From IMG/VR virus record IMGVR_UViG_3300009177_000033, positions 6,893 through 70,892 of that record: a DNA stretch of 64,000 nt. One strand, given 5' to 3'. Of this stretch, positions 58,901 to 64,000 are shown one piece after another. The DNA comes from a virus. The translations under genes and the position numbers were made by a program. The notes under the pieces are model-generated. The model was given only the letters and a program-made list of their open reading frames with translations, was not told where the DNA came from and did no database searches. The first letter of the stretch is position 1; every line of letters begins with the position of its first letter.

Positions 58901-59035
58901 TGCCTCCCAGGTAATCGGGATGGCAATAACGCGATCAGCAGCAGCTACGCCAGTAGAAACACCGGAATAGGTAACAACGTTCGCAGTACCAGCAGCACTT
59001 GCCGGATCGGCTGTTCTGGTAACAGACGCAGCCAT
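55940..59035 (-). CDS. 1031-aa protein: N-terminal beta domain plus ~20 PVNQxDWPLP repeats
   Basis: 13 near-exact DW[PS][LIV]P copies plus about 7 degenerate copies at ~30-35 aa spacing; stop overlaps the connector start. Confidence 0.85.
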   Translation of the reverse strand: MAASVTRTADPASAAGTANVVTYSGVSTGVAAADRVIAIPITWEANLNLLGVTIDSGGGDAVAKIPVNVRFSTTVGAAWAVLHVPIGTTATIKVTFDGNPAVNTSKISVYRVLGASFTVASTASNTSTDMDATAPLTASVTIPTNGLGLACAGCATNSTASKTWTSFTEDLEDDVTNFCHTVATKTTSGTANCVCTGSTNLEDGAMAIVVFSESLSGPAHEWNSRLTEKPPATSYPAPVLMDLRTWLQASTGLRGALLRPANQFDWPLPIAREFPISLRTWTVDFLPLLPPNYMPSRVVEWGMWEDTRKAQTYIAINPALLTPAVVNKPVQTIWTLPIGRDYPIDLRMFTRAPRAPDVKPPTQAVWDLPAATVYPAQLRTWATAPQITSVTFKPVNQYDWPIPRGNVWQPEPSPPFATIARDAAGYMPGGVSDWGTPAPVDFAQPWQQPFNVALLTAQVSGRPANQFDWPLPVARPRGEFTLTRAPHPSGQQRPIVVSDWPLPVQPARVIQTWLQGPRTATGLKPVSVLDWPLPIRMAQPVRTWTQAPQPSQVVSAKPVNQSDWSLPIRRADEVKTWIQSPNVSTPVTYIPSRVVEWGTQEPQRAIDIVVHFNAQLKAVAAVTLPRNQYDWPLPVRIDYPLSLRSWVNAGIQIEYVFRAPYYSLRWTQPYFTYDLAPFAVALRTPAAQKPVNQYDWPLPLLRTRETVGYTFAPRSPDRKPVNQYDWPLPIIRVRDAVGYTFAPRAPDRMPVNQDDWPLPIRRTPDAITYTRSPQFGAPEQMPVNQDDWPLPIRRTPEAITWTQSPNFAQQVQPKPVNNFDGSIPIRPQVFMQAVQQSNIVIQASAAGARPVNQYDWPVPVQARREVLTWVSRPQTTAEIRPVNNFDLLAFPRRVSQLPTWFDQQTTALHTPPLPVNQDDWPLPFAAQRLAGGYGYFLAPFLARRPEAMPPKTAVFPPPIGYEYPNDLRSFLRSPPSIVPAVIPPTPRRPTIKGPLWTMQPERHNAADSGRANISDASRQGSSMPRRYKDES

Positions 59036-59038
59036 TGT

Positions 59039-59299
59039 TTATTTTCCATGCTTGATGGCGAACCGGCTCGCCCTGAACGAGCATTCCGCAATGCCAGTTT
59101 TATAAGGCGCCGGCTGATTGACGATCTCGCGTAGTCGCACGCATTTGCCCGAGCCGCCAGCAGGATCGTTGATGATTTCGCGGATGGTGTAAGTCCCATT
59201 CATCACAGGAATCGTCTCGTTGTAGAGACGCTCGATGTTGAGCGTATCGACGCAGATAACTTTCGTTCCAACCCTCAGGGGAGATGACATGTTATGCAC
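59039..59299 (-). CDS. Small SH3-like hypothetical protein
   Basis: LRVGTKVICVD...YTIREI...FRASRF. Confidence 0.6.
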   Translation of the reverse strand: MHNMSSPLRVGTKVICVDTLNIERLYNETIPVMNGTYTIREIINDPAGGSGKCVRLREIVNQPAPYKTGIAECSFRASRFAIKHGK

Positions 59300-59472
59300 C
59301 CATCAGCGTCCGAATAACTGATCTCGTCGAACGACCACAAGCAAGCTTGCCCGAGCAGAACTTGATTGCCGCCACCGCTGATGCAAGTCACGTCGCCGTC
59401 CGCATCGACGATGCAGTTTGAATCCGCGTCGAGAATATTGTTGTTATCGGCGTCGAGAATTTGCAGGGGCAT
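59275..59472 (-). CDS. Small protein with [IV][LV]DAD repeats
   Basis: ILDADNNNILDADSNCIVDADG. Confidence 0.5.
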   Translation of the reverse strand: MPLQILDADNNNILDADSNCIVDADGDVTCISGGGNQVLLGQACLWSFDEISYSDADGCITCHLP

Positions 59473-61782
59473 TTACATGATGATCCAGTTGGTGCCGTCG
59501 CAGTAGACCATGACCTTATTCGCACCGCCACCCGCCGCCGTAGCGCCGCGCGTCGATGAATTGCAGTCAGTGATATAGGTTTGTTGTCCAGCCCATTGTC
59601 CAGCGGCTGTCGGCAAATCGGCATAGACGAGCTTGGTGTAGGCGATATCTGGTGGCGTATAGGAGCGCCATTGCCCGATCTTGTCGCCGACGAATTTCAT
59701 AACGCCGCTATTATCGGCAATGACGCCGCGGCCAAAAAACTGACCGGTTGGATCGGCTTGCGAGAACGAAATTGTTGCATCGCCCGTTCCGCTCGTCTTG
59801 GTCAGCGTGCCACCTGACAGCACAGGTGGTTGAGCATTCAAAGCAGTTGTCGTCGTCTTAAGTGTCGTGCCGCCAGCGATGGTTGCCCATACGGTAAACG
59901 TATAGGTGCCGTCAGTATAAGTTGCGCCGACCGTCGCGTTTGCTGCCGATACGGTGAACCACCAATCTGCGCCGGCCTGAATATTCGTGCGCCCGGCCAT
60001 AACACGTTCAACGTAAACGGGTGCACCATTGCCAGTGTCGTTGGTGATCCAGCTATAATTCAATCCGCTCAATCCAAAATAGGAATTGCGAACACAACCA
60101 CCATGCCAGGAATTGATATTTCCGGCCAAGCTATAGCAGTCGATAATTTCATAGGACGACTGGCAATAAGCCAGAGTCCCTTGGCTTGGTCCAAGATGCA
60201 AGGCACCGATCAGGCAGATGCTCTGGAAATTGGAATAGATGACGTTCTGACTTTCAGAACGGCAGGAGATCATTGTAACGGTATCGCCTGCAGAATTAGC
60301 GACAAGAACGTCCCATGTACCGTTGTTCTGTGATTGGAATCCTGTCCCCATGATGACTGGTATCGAGCCATAGGGCACATAGATTCCGTTGCCGTTAAAG
60401 GTCTGCAAGTTGCCGCCGACAACGGTCTGCTGGAGACAGTTATAGTTATTGTTTCGACCGTTGACGATGCAGGTATTGTTCCAAAGGAAATGACAATTCT
60501 CGATCATGTTCTCCGACATCTGCGACCCATTGGTGGGGCCAATGTCGAGACCGTAATAAGCGGTGGTGAACGAGCAATTATCCAGTTTGTTGCCCTGACT
60601 GCCGACGAACGGGGCAGTGCTGAGCAAGCCACCACGCATGTCGAGCAGCAATCCCCAACTCCCGTAGGACGGATAAGCCTGTGTGCCGCCAGTGCTGGCA
60701 AAGCCTAGATCACGGAACGTCGAATAATATGCACCGTCTGTGGCGAACGCGATGCCAGCAGAAGATCGGATGACGCTTCCATATTTGCTCGCGCCGAAGA
60801 TCAAACCGCCAGTCATACCCGTAACGGTCAGAGCCGGGGTAAAGCCGGTTCCGCCGCTGGTGAACGCTGAATAAGAAATGCTTTCATCGGCAGTAGCCCG
60901 AGCACTAAAGGTGATGGTTGCGTCACCGCTGCCACTTTGTTTTGTTAGCGTCGTGCCGCTAGTAGTCGCGCCCGCTGTGGCTGTCGTCACTAATGTGGTG
61001 CCGCCGACGATAGTAGCGGTGACCGTATAGTCCACACCATTGTTTCTATATACCGCGCCAGCAGTCGCGTTAGCCGCAGTCACCGTGAACGTATAAGTCA
61101 CCGTGCCAGTGCGTGTCAGCGTCCCTGTCGTTGCGGGAGCGTTACCAGCCAGCCCACTAAATCTTGTCAATCGACAAGATGTGCCGCCAACAACAGTAGA
61201 GGCGACGTTAAAGGTCGTGCCGTTGGTGGTGTAATTCTCCCCCTGAACAACATCGATACCTGTCCCGGTAAAAACATAACTTAGCGAATTGATGTAATAT
61301 TGCTCTTGCGTAGTGAACGTTTTGTTGCCGGTGTTGACCGAGGCTATATAACGCAGCCCGTTCGCGTAGCCATCATTGTCAATGCCATCGACAAAGATTT
61401 GCTTGCCGACAACCAAATCAGTAACGACCTCTGCGCAAGTGTACGTTAGATGGCCGTATGTCGAGCCGCCGACACCATCGGATATGACGTTGGTTATTGT
61501 CTTATTGGTTGCTCGCGGACTGACTGCATAAGTCCCGTTCGGAAAGAAAACCGCTTTGTTGAGATTACCACTGAGATAATTGGGTGCCGTTGATGGGCCA
61601 AAAGCAGCATCGAGCGCGGCTTGAATGGCGACAGTATCATCAACCAATCCGCTGCCGACAGCACCGTAGTTTTTTACGTTCACGATGTCAGTCATCGTCG
61701 CGAACTGTCCGAGCGTCTTGTGCGGCGACCCGGTGCTGAGTTGCGGAATCAGCGTGGCGTTCTCAAGAGATTTCGTCACCAT
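59473..61782 (-). CDS. Tailspike-like right-handed beta-helix protein (pectate-lyase-3-type start) with repeated insert domains
   Basis: VNVKNYGAVGSGLVDDTVAIQAALD, VFFPNGTY, Asn-rich beta-helix; C-terminal YADLPTA...YCDGTNW. Confidence 0.75.
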   Translation of the reverse strand: MVTKSLENATLIPQLSTGSPHKTLGQFATMTDIVNVKNYGAVGSGLVDDTVAIQAALDAAFGPSTAPNYLSGNLNKAVFFPNGTYAVSPRATNKTITNVISDGVGGSTYGHLTYTCAEVVTDLVVGKQIFVDGIDNDGYANGLRYIASVNTGNKTFTTQEQYYINSLSYVFTGTGIDVVQGENYTTNGTTFNVASTVVGGTSCRLTRFSGLAGNAPATTGTLTRTGTVTYTFTVTAANATAGAVYRNNGVDYTVTATIVGGTTLVTTATAGATTSGTTLTKQSGSGDATITFSARATADESISYSAFTSGGTGFTPALTVTGMTGGLIFGASKYGSVIRSSAGIAFATDGAYYSTFRDLGFASTGGTQAYPSYGSWGLLLDMRGGLLSTAPFVGSQGNKLDNCSFTTAYYGLDIGPTNGSQMSENMIENCHFLWNNTCIVNGRNNNYNCLQQTVVGGNLQTFNGNGIYVPYGSIPVIMGTGFQSQNNGTWDVLVANSAGDTVTMISCRSESQNVIYSNFQSICLIGALHLGPSQGTLAYCQSSYEIIDCYSLAGNINSWHGGCVRNSYFGLSGLNYSWITNDTGNGAPVYVERVMAGRTNIQAGADWWFTVSAANATVGATYTDGTYTFTVWATIAGGTTLKTTTTALNAQPPVLSGGTLTKTSGTGDATISFSQADPTGQFFGRGVIADNSGVMKFVGDKIGQWRSYTPPDIAYTKLVYADLPTAAGQWAGQQTYITDCNSSTRGATAAGGGANKVMVYCDGTNWIIM

Positions 61783-61786
61783 GTCG

Positions 61787-63253
61787 TCATGTATCCCAAT
61801 ATGAGAAGCCGGTGGGCGGAGCGAAGCGGCAAGAGGTTGCTGCTGTTCTCAGATGGCAGCTATTGTCGCCGTTATTGAGAAGTTGCGTGGCGATGTACCA
61901 CGTGCCGGATGGCGACCACGAGAACACCGGATTGTTGCCGGTTGACGGATTGGAGGTGCCCCACGTGGGGTTAGTGACACCACCACCATTATAACCATTA
62001 ATCCAATAGCCATACCAAGCCTTGCCGTTGGTAAAGTCAGCGGCAAAACAGAGCACGTCAGATAAGCCTATGGTGGTGTCGCCAGCAGGTTCGTTGCCGA
62101 CCGTGTATGTGATACTTGCACCGACGTCTCCGTTGCCAACGCCTGTGCCAAACTCACTACGGATAACGGCATGTAAGGCAGCGGTCATGAACGAGTTTTG
62201 GTTGCCGTCATCTACACTAAGTCCAAAGCAAGCCTTGTCGGGTTCGACGGCCCGCAGGCGAAAATGAATCTCCCAATAATATTTGCCAGATGTTTTTGTC
62301 GTCGAACTGAGCGCCTGATTCCATGTGGTACCACCGCTGCTTTGGGAGCGTACCTGCCAATTGCTATTGCTGAGAATGAGCGACGAGCCTGTCTTTGCAG
62401 GGTCCCATGTCGTCGTCTGCGTCTCTGGAAAATTTCCCCAAAATAGTTTTCGATTAAGAAAAACCGCGTCGTGTACGTCGAAAGAATTCCGCTGTCCGCC
62501 GTTGCTGAAAGAAAACTCTTTCAGAAACATATTCATGCCATTGACGTCCCACCCGATGCGAATTGGATTGCCAGTCGTGGAAGCGCCTTGGCTGAATGGA
62601 TAATCAACAACAGCATCTCCCTTGATGCCGGACGAGCCGCTGTTAATTAGCTGACTGCTGTAGTGCCACCGGTTAGTAGTATTTCCGCCGGTGCGATTGC
62701 CAGCAATGTTGTTGCCCCAGGTTTCGACGCCGCCTCCGTCCCACGCAATATAGAATTGCCCGCTGATGCCCTGTATCTGTCCGCCCGATGTCAGACCAAT
62801 CTCGTGCGCGAACGTGGTTACCGTCCATGGCTCGCTGGGACCATAGTTCGGTCCATCGTAATAGTTGCCAGCGCTGAATACCGCTTCCGGCCCGCGCGAT
62901 CCGCCGATGCTGCTCAAGTTCAGTTTCGCCATGTTGGCGACTGTCGATTGAGTCAGATTAGGATTGCCGCTCCCGGACCCTTCATACCAAGTCTTGATAT
63001 ACATTGAGCCGGTGCCGCCCCAACCGGACAGCACGGAAGTTTTTAACGTTCCATCCGCTTGAACGGGAATATCGAGCGCGTTACTGCCGCCGCTATCAAC
63101 GATCTGGATTGCGTTGACGCCAGCCGCAGCCTTCGCCGCGCTGAAGGCGGATAAGCCGTACCATGCAAACGGCACTTGCATCCCAACGTCGCCGGGGCCG
63201 GCATAGCTCGACGGTATCAGCAATGGTCCCTGCGAGACGAACGTCAGCGGCAT
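61787..63253 (-). CDS. Lectin (ConA/LamG-like) plus SPRY-like domain virion protein
   Basis: IKTWY..SGSGN..LTQ; TTWDP...LSNSN...SGKYYWEI...PPTGFSYW. Confidence 0.7.
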   Translation of the reverse strand: MPLTFVSQGPLLIPSSYAGPGDVGMQVPFAWYGLSAFSAAKAAAGVNAIQIVDSGGSNALDIPVQADGTLKTSVLSGWGGTGSMYIKTWYEGSGSGNPNLTQSTVANMAKLNLSSIGGSRGPEAVFSAGNYYDGPNYGPSEPWTVTTFAHEIGLTSGGQIQGISGQFYIAWDGGGVETWGNNIAGNRTGGNTTNRWHYSSQLINSGSSGIKGDAVVDYPFSQGASTTGNPIRIGWDVNGMNMFLKEFSFSNGGQRNSFDVHDAVFLNRKLFWGNFPETQTTTWDPAKTGSSLILSNSNWQVRSQSSGGTTWNQALSSTTKTSGKYYWEIHFRLRAVEPDKACFGLSVDDGNQNSFMTAALHAVIRSEFGTGVGNGDVGASITYTVGNEPAGDTTIGLSDVLCFAADFTNGKAWYGYWINGYNGGGVTNPTWGTSNPSTGNNPVFSWSPSGTWYIATQLLNNGDNSCHLRTAATSCRFAPPTGFSYWDT

Positions 63254-63272
63254 CGTGCCTCCGAAAACTTTT

Positions 63273-63998
63273 TCATGGCATGTTTTTCCACCAAGCTTTG
63301 CAGTTTAGGTAGATGCCGGTAAACGAAGCGCTGCGGTCGCCGCTCGCTGACCAAATCTCTCCGATGTAACCCTCGAACGGCTGCGCGCCGATGATGTTGA
63401 TGTGATCGCCGATCAAGAAGCTGTCAGCAGATGTCACCGAACCCATATCAAGGCCACCGGTGCTGTAGTCGATACCGTTGATATTTATCTTTGAAGCAGT
63501 CCCGTTCATGAGAACCTGGACGCAGTGAAAGTGGTTTATCGTGAAGACGCCGGTCGCAACGGTTAGATTGTTTCCACCGGCCTGCGCCGAGTACCAGAAA
63601 AAACTTCCATCCGATGTTATGGCAAAATAATTATTGTTGTTTTGATTGACCACCATCATGCTTGCGGGTGGAAGATCAGTCGGAGCCCAGACAAATCCAA
63701 AAACGAGCGGCGCGAATCCACCTCCGAAAAGTGGACCGGTAGAAGGTGCTATATTGCTCTCGAAGCCATGACGGAAAAATTGCAGCGCAGCCGGGGAGCC
63801 TCCCAGCGAAGATGGATAAGTCAGTACCGGACGCTCGCGCGTTCCGCCCGAATTAAAAGTATCCATGTCGAGGAATGAACCGACCGTACTGTACCAGTGC
63901 AGCATCGTGGCGTCGTCCGGTGCAGCAATTCCGAACGTCGCCGGATCGAGCGTCCCGTCTGCTCTAAAACTGGCATTGGCGAGATTGCTGCTGCCATC
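63273..63998 (-). CDS. ConA/LamG-like protein, paralog of the 61787-63253 N-terminus; 5' end lies beyond the window
   Basis: Frame open to the edge (DGSSNLANASFRADGTLD...HWY versus DSGGSNALDIPVQADGTLK...TWY); FEGYIGEI. Confidence 0.65.
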   Translation of the reverse strand, partial: DGSSNLANASFRADGTLDPATFGIAAPDDATMLHWYSTVGSFLDMDTFNSGGTRERPVLTYPSSLGGSPAALQFFRHGFESNIAPSTGPLFGGGFAPLVFGFVWAPTDLPPASMMVVNQNNNNYFAITSDGSFFWYSAQAGGNNLTVATGVFTINHFHCVQVLMNGTASKININGIDYSTGGLDMGSVTSADSFLIGDHINIIGAQPFEGYIGEIWSASGDRSASFTGIYLNCKAWWKNMP

Positions 63999-64000
63999 AA

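Noticed and set aside
49041-59035. RiPP-like interpretation (repeat protein as multi-core precursor with tailoring GT/MTases)
   Set aside because: No protease, transporter or conserved cleavage sites; the genes are coupled to virion neck genes, so a structural role is more parsimonious.
44033-64000. Gene transfer agent cluster
   Set aside because: Tail genes are GTA-like, but replication, recombination, HNH/terminase and a large accessory complement indicate a bona fide phage.

Overview
The whole window looks like most of one tailed dsDNA phage genome (siphovirus-type with HK97/GTA-like morphogenesis genes). The host is probably alphaproteobacterial (Hyphomicrobiales-like), inferred from the gene families present. 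Left end (minus strand): NusG/RfaH-like regulator, HNH, TerS, TerL, and a prohead protease-major capsid fusion that runs off the edge. 5.2-12.3 kb (plus): early accessory operon with a Ycf46-like AAA+ module and a recurring start-associated motif, AAACCGATGGAGA. 12.3-23.3 kb (minus): PLP enzyme, ParB-methyltransferase fusion, RtcB, GNAT, replication initiator, MT-A70 and a Cro-like gene. 23.4-35.6 kb (plus): RecE/RecT-like genes and many small ORFs, including a PEP-CTERM-like surface protein and a TylF methyltransferase. 35.8-64 kb (minus): late operon with lysis, tail and neck genes. The most unusual part is a ~7 kb block of about five glycosyltransferase-like and three methyltransferase genes inserted between the head-tail connector and head-closure genes. 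It is preceded by a 1031-aa protein made of about 20 'PVNQxDWPLP' repeats and by several lectin/beta-helix proteins, which together suggest a virion glyco-decoration system. No integrase, CI repressor, tRNA or CRISPR array was seen. All family assignments come from motif recognition by eye, not database searches.
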